From Vulcanimicrobiota bacterium (GTDB lineage Bacteria; Vulcanimicrobiota; Xenobia; Xenobiales; JADMJV01), in the NCBI GenBank assembly GCA_050250895.1, contig JBFWNU010000001.1, positions 2,980,891 to 3,044,890 of the forward strand: a stretch of DNA of 64,000 nt, written 5' to 3'. Below the pieces are notes generated by a model. The model was given only the letters and a program-made list of their open reading frames with translations. It had not been told where the DNA came from and did no database searches. The position numbers and the translations under genes were made by a program. Shown piece by piece: positions 1 to 9,464 of this stretch. Each line of letters starts with the position of its first letter. The stretch's first letter is position 1.

Positions 1-1227
1 TGCTAGGAGGTCTAGCGTTTTCTCTATCCGGTTTCGGCCGACATTTGCGACTTTAAGCAGTTCGGGAACACTCAGCCCTTCAGGGCTTCGAGTAAGTGCG
101 TTGACTACTTCCTCAGCTTCCTCGCTAGTTGGAAACGCAGACTCAATGAAGAAGTTGGTGATTTCGGTGTCTTCTTCGCCGCTGAGAAGCACACCGTAAG
201 CCGATTTAAGTGCCCGACCAGCGCGGCCGACTTGCTGATAGTAGGCAACGACAGATCCCGGTGCTTGATAGTGGACGACAAAGGCGAGATCGGGCTTGTC
301 AAATCCCATCCCGAGCGCCATGGTTGCGACCAGAGCCTTCACATCGTTTCCCATGAGCCTATTCTCGAGGTCAACCCGCGCGCTGCCCGATTTCCCCGTA
401 TAAGCCTCAACAGGCAAACCCTGGCATTTCAGCCAGTCGGTCACCTGATGGGCGTCCCGGATTGTGAGAGTATAGATGATCCCGCTGCCGTCAATGTTAG
501 GCAAGTGCTCAGCCAACCACGCGAGCCGCTCGGCTTGACCGGGCAAGATGATGGTTTGAAGGTGCAGGGACGGCCTGCCTAGGGGACCTCGGATCACCTC
601 GAGTTGCGGCCCTAGAACGCTTCGCAAATCTTCCATCACTCGCGAATTCGCGGTAGCGGTAGTGGCTAACAAACGTAAGTTCTTGGGGAGATTCCCTATG
701 ATCCTCTGGAGCAAGCGGTAATGTGGTCGAAAGTCGTGGCCCCAGTCTGAAACGCAGTGGGCTTCGTCAACGATCAAGAGCGATATGCGGGGCGCTAAAG
801 ATGCAAGGACTCTTTCGCGAAAGCGCTCGCTTGACAGGCGTTCCGGCGAAATGAGGAGAATGTCGACAGAGTCGTTCGCGACGGCCGTCTCGACAGGGTC
901 CCAGTCGCATTGATTTTCACTGTTGATGGTCTCAGCAAGGAGACCCATCCGGCGAGCCGCCTCGATTTGATTTCGCATCAATGCCAGCAATGGAGAGATG
1001 AGGATGGCCGGCCCGCACCCTGCTTCCCTGAGTAGTTTGGTGCCGATGAAATAGACAGAACTCTTGCCCCAGCCGGTTCTTTGAACGACCAACAATCGCC
1101 CCTTCCCCTCGACAGTATGGCGAATCGCGTCCTCTTGGCCGTGCCGGAACCAAGTGCCCGGCTGCTGTGTCGCCAAGCGAAGAAGTTCCGCAGCTCGCGC
1201 CGGATCGTAACGTATCTTGAACGACAT
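1..1227 (-). CDS. recQ: RecQ-family ATP-dependent DNA helicase (3' end runs off the window)
   Basis: Not in the ORF track because no stop lies inside the window. Manual translation from ATG 1227 (GGAGG RBS upstream) gives QRTGWGKS, ISPLLALMRNQ, ISPERL, VDEAHCVSDWGHDFRP, TTATA, VATMALGMGFDKPD and YYQQVGRAGR. Confidence 0.93.
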   Translation of the reverse strand, partial: MSFKIRYDPARAAELLRLATQQPGTWFRHGQEDAIRHTVEGKGRLLVVQRTGWGKSSVYFIGTKLLREAGCGPAILISPLLALMRNQIEAARRMGLLAETINSENQCDWDPVETAVANDSVDILLISPERLSSERFRERVLASLAPRISLLIVDEAHCVSDWGHDFRPHYRLLQRIIGNLPKNLRLLATTATANSRVMEDLRSVLGPQLEVIRGPLGRPSLHLQTIILPGQAERLAWLAEHLPNIDGSGIIYTLTIRDAHQVTDWLKCQGLPVEAYTGKSGSARVDLENRLMGNDVKALVATMALGMGFDKPDLAFVVHYQAPGSVVAYYQQVGRAGRALKSAYGVLLSGEEDTEITNFFIESAFPTSEEAEEVVNALTRSPEGLSVPELLKVANVGRNRIEKTLDLLA

Positions 1228-1447
1228 AGTTAGCCTCCACAGTCAACGCCTCCGACTCATACAACGCCAGTTCCCGCTGGGCTTGCCTCGTGGGCGGTCA
1301 GCGCCGGTCGTTGTCCCAGTTCCATCGGACGACGTGACATCTCGCAGCGAAGGGTTACGAGCCCCAGCGGAACGAATCTTTAACACAAGCGCCGACCGAA
1401 CCTCTTTGACGTGGAGGCCGCGACTCCCTGGACGGTCGAACGCCAGC

Positions 1448-1690
1448 CTATGGGTCTGAGGAGTGGCGCTCACCCTCCAGGTCGTTTCGAAGTCTGAGGA
1501 TAGTTCCGTGAGCCAAGTCTAACATGACTAATGCACAGCCACGGCAATACCCCTTCTCGACCCGCCCCTCTTTGACCAGCAGGACCAGGTCGCCCTTCAA
1601 GATTTGATGCGCTTTACTGTGATAGCACTTTCTTCTTCTACGGGCAGTCTGGATGGCTAGGGTCTTCAAAACGGCTTTGTGTCTAGCCAC
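1448..1690 (-). CDS. small basic Cys/His (putative Zn-binding) protein
   Basis: 80 aa with KCYHSKAH...YCRGC; its GTG start overlaps the helicase stop codon. Confidence 0.75.
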   Translation of the reverse strand: MARHKAVLKTLAIQTARRRRKCYHSKAHQILKGDLVLLVKEGRVEKGYCRGCALVMLDLAHGTILRLRNDLEGERHSSDP

Positions 1691-3881
1691 TGCCGTCCCT
1701 CAATTCGTACACAACCTGGTCAAGAATCTCGTCCATTCCGTCGTGCGCTTTCCTCAGCTCTTCTAGATCGAGGGAGTCGCGGTCATTCGCGTCGATGTCT
1801 AAAAAACGATTGACTGCGAGGTTCAAGAGCACAATCGCTGCAGCCAGATTGTCGCTGGCAGGCGTCCTCACTTTGCTGACGAGCTCTCTTCCCGGGACCT
1901 GGAGCCCGAGCCGATTCAGGAGTTCCTTCGCTGCCGAGCGAGTTCTTTCGTTGAGGCGTCGGCGGGCTTGCTGCCGCGCCCTCTGGGGTTGAACAGGCTG
2001 CGGGATGAACGGCACTACGCTTGCGGAGTCATTTGGTTCTGAGGCTCCCAACTGTCTCTCCAGGTCAGCTTGTGCGATCCCCAACTCCTCTGGGTCAAAA
2101 CCTTTTAGGCGGATTGTTCGAAAAAGGTCGTCTATCACTCGCTGTCGCTCCTCGACGCTGAGCGGTCGCCCGAGGTAGTGGTCCTGCACAAGAGAATCAA
2201 TAGTTTCGCTTACGACTTCGATGTCCGGCCGAAATCTGCGAACCTTTTTCGATGTACTTGAGGAGAATACTCGGGACCCGTTCGCGACTTCTTGGAGGAG
2301 ACTCCGGTCATCTTGGTCAAAGGATCTAAGCTCTTCCCACCAGCGATCGACATTCAACCCCAGGTGAGAAATAACGTAAGCTCGGTTATCCGGATGGCCA
2401 GGCTGCGCCTCTTTGATAACGCGCATCACTCGGCCTATAAACTGAATGTATGGAACAATGTGGCGGAAGGGGCGAAAAATCGCCGCGACACTTAGGTTGG
2501 GGTAGTCGGCACCTTCATTGAGGATAGAAACCTGGCAGATGACATCTAATTGGAGATTCTTGAGCGCTGCTCGGGTTCGACCCTGCTCTTCTTCCGTTTG
2601 CTTGCTGTGTAGGACTGCGGCCCGAAGGCCCCTTTCTTCGTAAAGAGAACGGATGGATTTCGCGTGGTCTATAGAGCAGGCGGCCGCTATGATTTGATGG
2701 TGAGCGGTTCCATCACTTCGCAATTCCCGCAAGCTCTGAATAGAAGCGTCAACGATGTGTTCGTTGCACTCACGGGAAAGAGCCACTCCTCGACTGAACC
2801 ACGTCGTCTCCTTCAACCTGACGACTTCGTCTATGCTGTACACTTTGCCCGGTTCATTGCTGGTGAACCGAAGTTCGGTTGGCGCGAGCCTTCGGCTGGC
2901 GATGTCTTTGATATAGCCCTCGCGGATCGCACTGGCAATTGGATAGCGATAGATGAGCTCTCCGTCGACGGGTTGCCCATCACTCCTGAGCGGAGTCGCC
3001 GTGAAACTTACAACCTTTGCCTTGGGAAAACGTGAAAGCGTCTCCTTCCAGGACGGCGCAGGGGCATGGTGCGCCTCATCCACAAGGATCAAATCAAAGT
3101 AGCGGGGGCCGAACCGATCCAGCCACTTTGCCCTCGTCGTCGCTAATTGCTGTATGTTTGCCAAAAGGATGTTGGCGCTATCACAATCGTGAATGTTTGC
3201 GTTCGGTTCGAGTACCGCCGTGGTCGGATGGCTCCCGTTCGCAAAGACGGCAGTCTTCTTCCAAAAGTTTTGCGTGTTTGATGCATCCATGGATTTCTGG
3301 ACCGTGCGCAGGATCTCAAGGTTGGGCACGATAACGAGAACCCTGCCCGACGAGATTTCGAACGGCATTAAAGCCATCGTTCCCGTCTTTCCGCATCCCA
3401 CGGGCAGTTGGATGATCGCAGGGCGCGCCCTCTCCCGAGAGAAATAGGATCGAGCGGCGTGATATGCAGCTTTTTGCGGCTTCCGTAGCTCATCGTTTCC
3501 GTCGATATTCACCCGGCTTGTTAGAAAGAGCTTATGTTTGTATTCTCGACCCAGTTCTGCAAGCATGGCTGCTATCCAGGCGTTGGCCGCTTCGGATTCC
3601 GAACATTCGAGGGCGAACTCGAGGACGCATCGTGCCTCAATTTTTCTGTCGGCGTCTATCAGGCAACTCGCTTGGCTGATTAGGTTGACAGAAGCGCGCT
3701 CGCCCCGACCATCAAGGAGAAGCAACTCTGCGATTTGTCCCTCTTTGGTGGCTACGTGGCTAGCCAGCCACCTGATGGCTCTCCGCGACCCGGCAGGATT
3801 GACCTTCATCGCCTCCAACTCGAGTAGGGACTGTGATTTCTCAGTCTTGAGTCGACGCAGTTCCAAGTCTTGCGGTCTCAT
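1683..3881 (-). CDS. SF2 DEAH helicase (ResIII/Helicase_C type) with ~110-aa N-terminal helical domain
   Basis: LPVGCGKT, DEAHH, TATP, NEGADYP and QFIGRVMR motifs. ATG 3881 overlaps the upstream stop (ATGA). Confidence 0.88.
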   Translation of the reverse strand: MRPQDLELRRLKTEKSQSLLELEAMKVNPAGSRRAIRWLASHVATKEGQIAELLLLDGRGERASVNLISQASCLIDADRKIEARCVLEFALECSESEAANAWIAAMLAELGREYKHKLFLTSRVNIDGNDELRKPQKAAYHAARSYFSRERARPAIIQLPVGCGKTGTMALMPFEISSGRVLVIVPNLEILRTVQKSMDASNTQNFWKKTAVFANGSHPTTAVLEPNANIHDCDSANILLANIQQLATTRAKWLDRFGPRYFDLILVDEAHHAPAPSWKETLSRFPKAKVVSFTATPLRSDGQPVDGELIYRYPIASAIREGYIKDIASRRLAPTELRFTSNEPGKVYSIDEVVRLKETTWFSRGVALSRECNEHIVDASIQSLRELRSDGTAHHQIIAAACSIDHAKSIRSLYEERGLRAAVLHSKQTEEEQGRTRAALKNLQLDVICQVSILNEGADYPNLSVAAIFRPFRHIVPYIQFIGRVMRVIKEAQPGHPDNRAYVISHLGLNVDRWWEELRSFDQDDRSLLQEVANGSRVFSSSTSKKVRRFRPDIEVVSETIDSLVQDHYLGRPLSVEERQRVIDDLFRTIRLKGFDPEELGIAQADLERQLGASEPNDSASVVPFIPQPVQPQRARQQARRRLNERTRSAAKELLNRLGLQVPGRELVSKVRTPASDNLAAAIVLLNLAVNRFLDIDANDRDSLDLEELRKAHDGMDEILDQVVYELRDGSG

Positions 3882-4390
3882 TGGTAATACCAGAAGAATG
3901 CCCTGCAGTTCGAGAAATTCACCACACAAACAAACCCGGGCTTTTTGAAGGGGTTGGCTTGGAGTTGAGCACGCTTGGATTCCCGTAGGTTCTCGAGGTT
4001 GCCGTCTTGCGTTCCGCTGACCTCGAGCAGAATGTCATCGCCGAGCCAATAGTCCGCTCTTTCGCCTCGTCTCGTGACCTCAGTAAATTCGAGTTGCGCG
4101 AGGGTCGTCACCAATATGCAACTCAAGCCAAGCGCGGCGAACTCAGTAATGACACTGGTTTGGTAAGTCTTCTGACACCTTCGGTAGTCGTTGGCTAGTC
4201 CCGCCCACTGCAACTTGAAATTGCATAGGGTCGGTACAGAGCCCTGGGGTCGGTGATCTACAACCAACTCGCGATCTCCGTCGGTATAGTTCGAGTTCGC
4301 TAACAGGCGAATGACCAGAGGTGAACGCCAGTCGTCGGCCCGAATGTTTGGATGATGGCTCCCGAGCTGTTGAACATCGAATGTTGGCAT
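3878..4390 (-). CDS. putative PD-(D/E)xK-fold nuclease
   Basis: TEFAALG...RRGERADYWLG...LLEVSG pattern resembles a restriction-endonuclease-like active site; likely start MPTFDV at 4390. Confidence 0.6.
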   Translation of the reverse strand: MPTFDVQQLGSHHPNIRADDWRSPLVIRLLANSNYTDGDRELVVDHRPQGSVPTLCNFKLQWAGLANDYRRCQKTYQTSVITEFAALGLSCILVTTLAQLEFTEVTRRGERADYWLGDDILLEVSGTQDGNLENLRESKRAQLQANPFKKPGFVCVVNFSNCRAFFWYYQ

Positions 4391-4743
4391 GCTTCGAGTT
4401 TTCGGGGTTTTGGGTGGTTCTCCTGGTCCGTCTCCGCGAACCAGGAGACGTTGGCGCACCGGCTCATGCATCACTGACAGATCCTGTCATCGAGGGATGC
4501 GACAGTCGAAAGACGAGTTGGGTGCAACCCCGGTTTCGTGTGAATCTGATCCTCTCGATTGCAAGGTGTCTCAGTTAAATGAAGAAGCCTCCCTGATCTA
4601 CTAAAACCCTCCGGCGGAGCCGGAAACGGGAGGCTACCATGGGATTCGGCTTGCACGCCACAACACCTATTTCGCTAAGGGGGACTTCACGAGCGAGACA
4701 GCACCCCAGGGAGCGCCATTGCGAGGCTCCTTCGGCTTTCAAA

Positions 4744-5870
4744 ATGGCTTTTGAGCGAGCGAAGGAGAGACTTGCGAAGATCCTGGAGCGGGTCTCCGAT
4801 GAGAGATTCTTGGAGCCTGGGGAGTTGGCCGAATTCGAGCGTCGCCTCCACCGAGAGGTCGCTCAAGAGTTCATCGATCCCGTGGTCGCGGCTGTGGTCC
4901 AGGACCTCCATTATGACGACGAGGTCGAGGTTCGAGCAACCATCTTGAAGATGAAGCGGCCTCATCTCAACCTCCAGGCTCCTCGCCAGACGGTTACCAT
5001 TACGTTCCTCGGCGGCTCGAAGCAGCAGGTGGTCACTCCCTACTATCTCTCGCGCCCCCCGAGAACCAAAGGTCGACCTCGCAAGACGCGGCGAAAGGTG
5101 GCCGACAGGGGGCTCTATCCGGTCCTGGAGGTGCTCGGAATCCGCTTCCGAGCATCGCTGGCGCTCACCAGCGAGGTGGCTCGCCTTGTGGCCGTCGGCA
5201 CCATCGATCAGGCCAAAGACTCCCTTGAGCGCCGGGGAATCTCGCTTGGCCGCAAGGTCATCAGCCGCATCGCCAAACGCCTCGCTATGCGAGGTCTCGC
5301 CTCGCCTATCGGGACTGGGTAGAAGAGCAAACGCAGCGTGGTTTCCGCGGAGGTTCCGCCAAGGGCCTTCGGCTTGGGATCGGATGCGACGGTGGCCGAG
5401 TTCGGTTGCGATATCCCAAGAAGCGAGGGCGACCCCGGAAGAGCGGCAGGCGGGGTTACGATGGGGAATGGAAGGAACCGAAGATTCTCATCATCTACGA
5501 GTTCGACGAGCATGGCGGCAAGAGGAAGGGTGGCCTTTGTCGGTATGACGCCAGCATGCTTCGAGCGGATGACTTCTCTGGGATCCTACGCTCGCTGCTA
5601 TGCGAAATCGGTGCCCACGAAGCCAGAGAATGGGTCATTCTCGGGGATGGTGCCGACTGGATCTGGAACCGCGTGCGGGCGCTGGTCGAGGAGCGGAAAT
5701 GTTCAACGGCCGGGAAGCCCGCCGCCGAAGGAATCTGTTCAACTACTTCAGGGACCGAGCGGAGAAGATGCGATACGAGACCTTCAAGCAGCGGGGTATC
5801 CCCGTCGGTTCCGGGGCCGTTGAGAGCTGTGTCCGAAGGGTCGTCAACCTGAGATTGAAGGGCAATGAGG
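4744..5870 (+). pseudogene. fragmented ISKra4/ISLre2-like DDE transposase
   Basis: Motifs in three frames: DGGRVRLR..WKEPK, GDGADWIWN, YF..MRY...GIPVGSGAVES..RLKG. Frameshift near 5300, internal deletion near 5695, truncated end. Confidence 0.8.
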
Positions 5871-5967
5871 AAGTCTTGGCCGTGAATCTAATTCAACTTC
5901 GAAGATGATCTTGACCGAGCCTTGCCGATTTGCGGCCGACGACGAGCGACGGTTCTAGCGGTGACCG

Positions 5968-6594
5968 CCGTCGATCCGGCCCGACTGAGGGCGCGAGCAC
6001 GCCGCCTTAGCAAGGAGGACATCCTCCTCATTCTGGACCGAGCCATCGAGCACGTGCCCAAAGACCAGCTCGCTGGTCTGCTCGGGTGGCAACTCAAGCC
6101 CGAGGAGGTCGCACCTGACCAGGGGTCTCTACTGGAGACGATCGAAGAGTTCGTTCGAGCCAGCTAGCGAGGCGAATACTATCAGAGCTTTTCCGGTCAA
6201 CTGGAGGAACAGCAACGAGGTGTCGGCGGGGACCCTGGCCTGGATGGCGGAGTGCGAGAGGCTTTTTACGCGCTGTATCCTTTCCCAGGAGGAACCGGTT
6301 GTGCAGCGTCAGGCGTTCGATTCTCTCTTCGCACTGTTAAGGTGCCTGGACGATGGCGACGAGATCGTGTTTTTTGCCGACGAAGGGGGCTCCTGGCAGG
6401 TCTGCCTCGACTGGTCCCAGGTCTTGCGAGCCTACTTTGCCTGTCTGTCACAAACCGTCGAGCCCACCTCTTACGCAAAGGCGGTCGATGCAATCATCAA
6501 CGACTTCGTAAGCCACGACCGCGTGAGACACTTGCATGTGGCTCTGGCTCTGGCCACGCCGGCCCAGAAAGCGGCGCTGGCGAACGAAGCCTGA
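5968..6594 (+). pseudogene. disrupted conserved hypothetical protein
   Basis: ORFs 5922-6167 and 6220-6594 read as one protein split by a TAG at 6165 and a frameshift near 6190 (FVRAS*RGEYYQSF/PVNWRNSNEVSAGTLAW...IVFFADEGGSWQV). Confidence 0.6.
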
Positions 6595-6651
6595 ACAAGA
6601 GTTAGCAATTCCATCGACGGGAGCCCTGATCGCCGGGCCGAAGATGGCCCG

Positions 6652-7655
6652 ATGTCGGATTCCTACGATTCTCCGTGGAAGGAAGCGCTGCACGTCTACT
6701 TCCCCCAATTTCTGGAGCTGCTGTTTCCCGAGGTCCACCAGGCCATCGACTGGAGCCGCGGCTGGCGGGTGCTCGACAATGAGCTACTCGGCAGCGCCGC
6801 CACCACAGCCCGGCGGGTCGACGTGTTGATGGAGGTGACCAGGCTCGACGGCGAGGCCAGCTGTATTCTCGTTCATGTCGAGGTCCAGAATCAGCACGAA
6901 GCCGGCTTCTCGGCCCGACTCTTCGACTATCACTATCGAATCAGACTCCATTTTGGCAAGCCGGTCTGCACGCTGGTCGTGCTCGGCGATCCGAGCCGGA
7001 CGTGGCGCCCCGACAGCCATGAAGAAGAGCTGCTCGGCTGCCGTCATCGCCTGGAGTTTCCGACCGTCAAGCTCGAAGAGCTTCGCCCCGTGATTCGCGA
7101 GCTCGAAGCCAACAATAATCCGTTCGGTCCGGTGGTAGCCGCTCATCTGCACGTCCGGTCGGCCGGCCCGATAGCCCAAAGCGGCAGCGCATCAAACAGC
7201 GGCTCGTGCGCCAGCTCTACAAGACCGGCTTCACCCGGGAGCAGATCCGGCAGCTGTTTAGGTTGATTGATTGGTTTCTGCAGCTAAGTCGGGAACAGGA
7301 GGAAGTCTTCTGGACTCAGCTAAGAAGATACGAGAGGAAGAATAAGATGCCGTACATCACCAGTGTCGAGCGCATGGGAATGGAGAGGGGCCTGGCCGAG
7401 GGTCACGAGAAAGGCCTGGCTGAGGGCCTGGAAAAGGGCATCGAGGCCGGCCACGCCCGGGGCGTTAGAGATTCGATTCGTACCGTGCTGGCCGCCCGGT
7501 TTGGCGAGGGCTTTCTTGAGCAACTCGGCGGCCTTGAGGATGTGTCCGACTCGAGCCAGCTTTCTTCCCTGACCTTGGCGGCGGTGTCCGCGGTCACCTT
7601 TGAGGACTTCCTGACGGCTCTATCCGCGACCCGTTCGCTAGCGAACGAAGCCTGA
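6652..7655 (+). pseudogene. Rpn/YhgA-like PD-(D/E)xK nuclease (putative transposase), copy 1, frameshifted
   Basis: YDSPWKEAL...RVDVL...HVEVQ...MPYITSVER. One C is missing near 7168 (ggcccgat vs ggccccgat in copy 2). Confidence 0.85.
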
Positions 7656-7712
7656 ACAAGAGTTAGCAATTCCATCGACGGGAGCCCCGATCGCCGGGCC
7701 GAAGATGGCCCG

Positions 7713-8826
7713 ATGTCGGATTCCTACGATTCTCCGTGGAAGGAAGCGCTGCACGTCTACTTCCCCCAATTTCTGGAGCTGCTGTTTCCCGAGGTCCACC
7801 AGGCCATCGACTGGGGCCGCGGCTGGCGGGTGCTCGACAATGAGCTACTCGGCAGCGCCGCCACCACAGCCCGGCGGGTCGACGTGTTGATGGAGGTGAC
7901 CAGGCTCGACGGCGAGGCCAGCTGTATTCTCGTTCATGTCGAGGTCCAGAATCAGCACGAAGCCGGCTTCTCGGCCCGACTCTTCGACTATCACTATCGA
8001 ATCAGACTCCATTTTGGCAAGCCGGTCTGCACGCTGGTCGTGCTCGGCGATCCGAGCCGGGCGTGGCGCCCCGACAGCCATGAAGAAGAGCTGCTCGGCT
8101 GCCGTCATCGCCTGGAGTTTCCGACCGTCAAGCTCGAAGAGCTTCGCCCCGTGATTCGCGAGCTCGAAGCCAACAAGAACCCGTTCGGTCCGGTGGTAGC
8201 CGCTCATCTGCACGTCCGCTCGGCCGGCCCCGATAGCCCGAAGCGACAGCGCATCAAGCAGCGCCTCGTGCGCCAGCTCTACAAGACCGGCTTCACCCGG
8301 GAGCAGGTCCGGCAACTCTTCAACCCAGGCGGTGCGTAGCCGGGCCGCCGGATTGCAGCGATAGCGCGTTCAAATGCAAGGAGCGGTGCCTGCGACGCAG
8401 CAGTTGGGCGTGATAGCGTCGCAAGACAAGGTCCGGTCGCGCATCGCCTGGGTTCAACTGATGGATTGGTTTCTGCAGCTGAGTCGGGAGCAGGAGGAAG
8501 TCTTCTGGGCTCAGCTAAGAAGATACGAGAGGAAGAATAAGATGCCGTACATCACCAGCGTCGAGCGCATGGGAATGGAAAAGGGACGCGAAAAGGGCCT
8601 GGCCGAGGGTCACGAAAAAGGCTTGGCTGAGGGCGTCGAGAAGGGGCACGCACGGGGTGTGAGAGATTCGATTCGCACCGTTCTTGCCGCCCGCTTTGGC
8701 GAAGGCTGCCTTGAGCAACTCGGCGGGCTTGAGGATGTGTCCGACCCGACCCAGCTTTCCGCCCTCACCCTGGCTGCTGCTACGGTGCCAACCATTGAGG
8801 AGTTCCTCACGATTCTTTTAGTCTAA
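7713..8826 (+). pseudogene. Rpn/YhgA-like nuclease, copy 2, interrupted by MITE
   Basis: Near-identical N-terminus to copy 1. Removing 8322-8454 restores RQLFQLMDWFLQ in frame. Confidence 0.85.
8322..8454. mobile_element. 133-bp MITE-like insertion
   Basis: Ends AACCCAGGCGGTGCG / CGCATCGCCTGGGTT form a 14/15 inverted repeat; internal imperfect stems; absent from copy 1. Confidence 0.8.
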
Positions 8827-8891
8827 GACGAGTTCACCGTCAGTGAGAGGGTGAACTCGACGGATGCCACCCCACCCCGCTCCCCTCCCGC

Positions 8892-9464
8892 CTAAGGCAA
8901 ATGGAGTCCCACTTCCATCAGGGCGATGGCAACATCATCCTGCAAGGAGCCACCCGGCAGCCGGACCAGGGCCACCAGCGCCTCGAGCGGGTCCGGTTCG
9001 GCCAGGGCTGCGCGGATCTTCTCCTGGCTGGTGTAGCGAAACAGTCCGTCCGAGGCCACCAGTAACTGGCCTGGCTGGAGCGGGCATCGGAAGGGCATCG
9101 GCATCGCCTCGCCGCTGCCGAGCAAGGGCTTGCGCCGCTGGTGCTCGGTCAGAACAAAGGTGGTATCGGCGGTTACCAACCAGGCCTCGGAGTCGCCCAC
9201 CGAAACGCCACTCAACTCGTGCTCGTCGAGGTTGACCACCAGGCCCGTCGTGTCCCCGCAGATCCGATCGGCGGCCAGCCTTCGGTCCACCTCGAGGAAG
9301 GCGTCCCACAACGGCGAGGGCTTGGCGACCATGAAGTCGACGAAGAACTGAGCGGCCTCTTCTCCACCGGCCACCCCGCCCGCTCCGTCGGCCAGGATAA
9401 CGGTGTCTGGCATCACCACCACGCGGTCCTGAGAGCGGGCGCCCGAAGGCAAGTTGATGGTCAT
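8892..9464 (-). CDS. PP2C/SpoIIE-family protein phosphatase
   Basis: SQDR, LADGAGG, VGDS, ASDGL and QDDVA motifs; ATGA overlap with the sigma gene. Confidence 0.85.
   Translation of the reverse strand: MTINLPSGARSQDRVVVMPDTVILADGAGGVAGGEEAAQFFVDFMVAKPSPLWDAFLEVDRRLAADRICGDTTGLVVNLDEHELSGVSVGDSEAWLVTADTTFVLTEHQRRKPLLGSGEAMPMPFRCPLQPGQLLVASDGLFRYTSQEKIRAALAEPDPLEALVALVRLPGGSLQDDVAIALMEVGLHLP

Larger units (their letters stand above)
6580..8580 (+). repeat. tandem duplication, period 1061 bp
   Basis: GCGAACGAAGCCTGAACAAGAGTTAGCAATTCCATCGACGGGAGCCC... recurs at ~6580 and ~7641; the ATGs are at 6652 and 7713. Confidence 0.9.

Noticed and set aside
105-1264. Short track ORFs over the first 1.2 kb
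   Set aside because: Shadows of the recQ frame that runs off the window.
1243-1473. 76-aa minus-strand ORF between the Zn protein and recQ
   Set aside because: Position fits an operon but the sequence has no protein-like features; too weak to call.
4500-4740. Terminal inverted repeats of the ISKra4-like element
   Set aside because: No matching right end found; the transposase is truncated.
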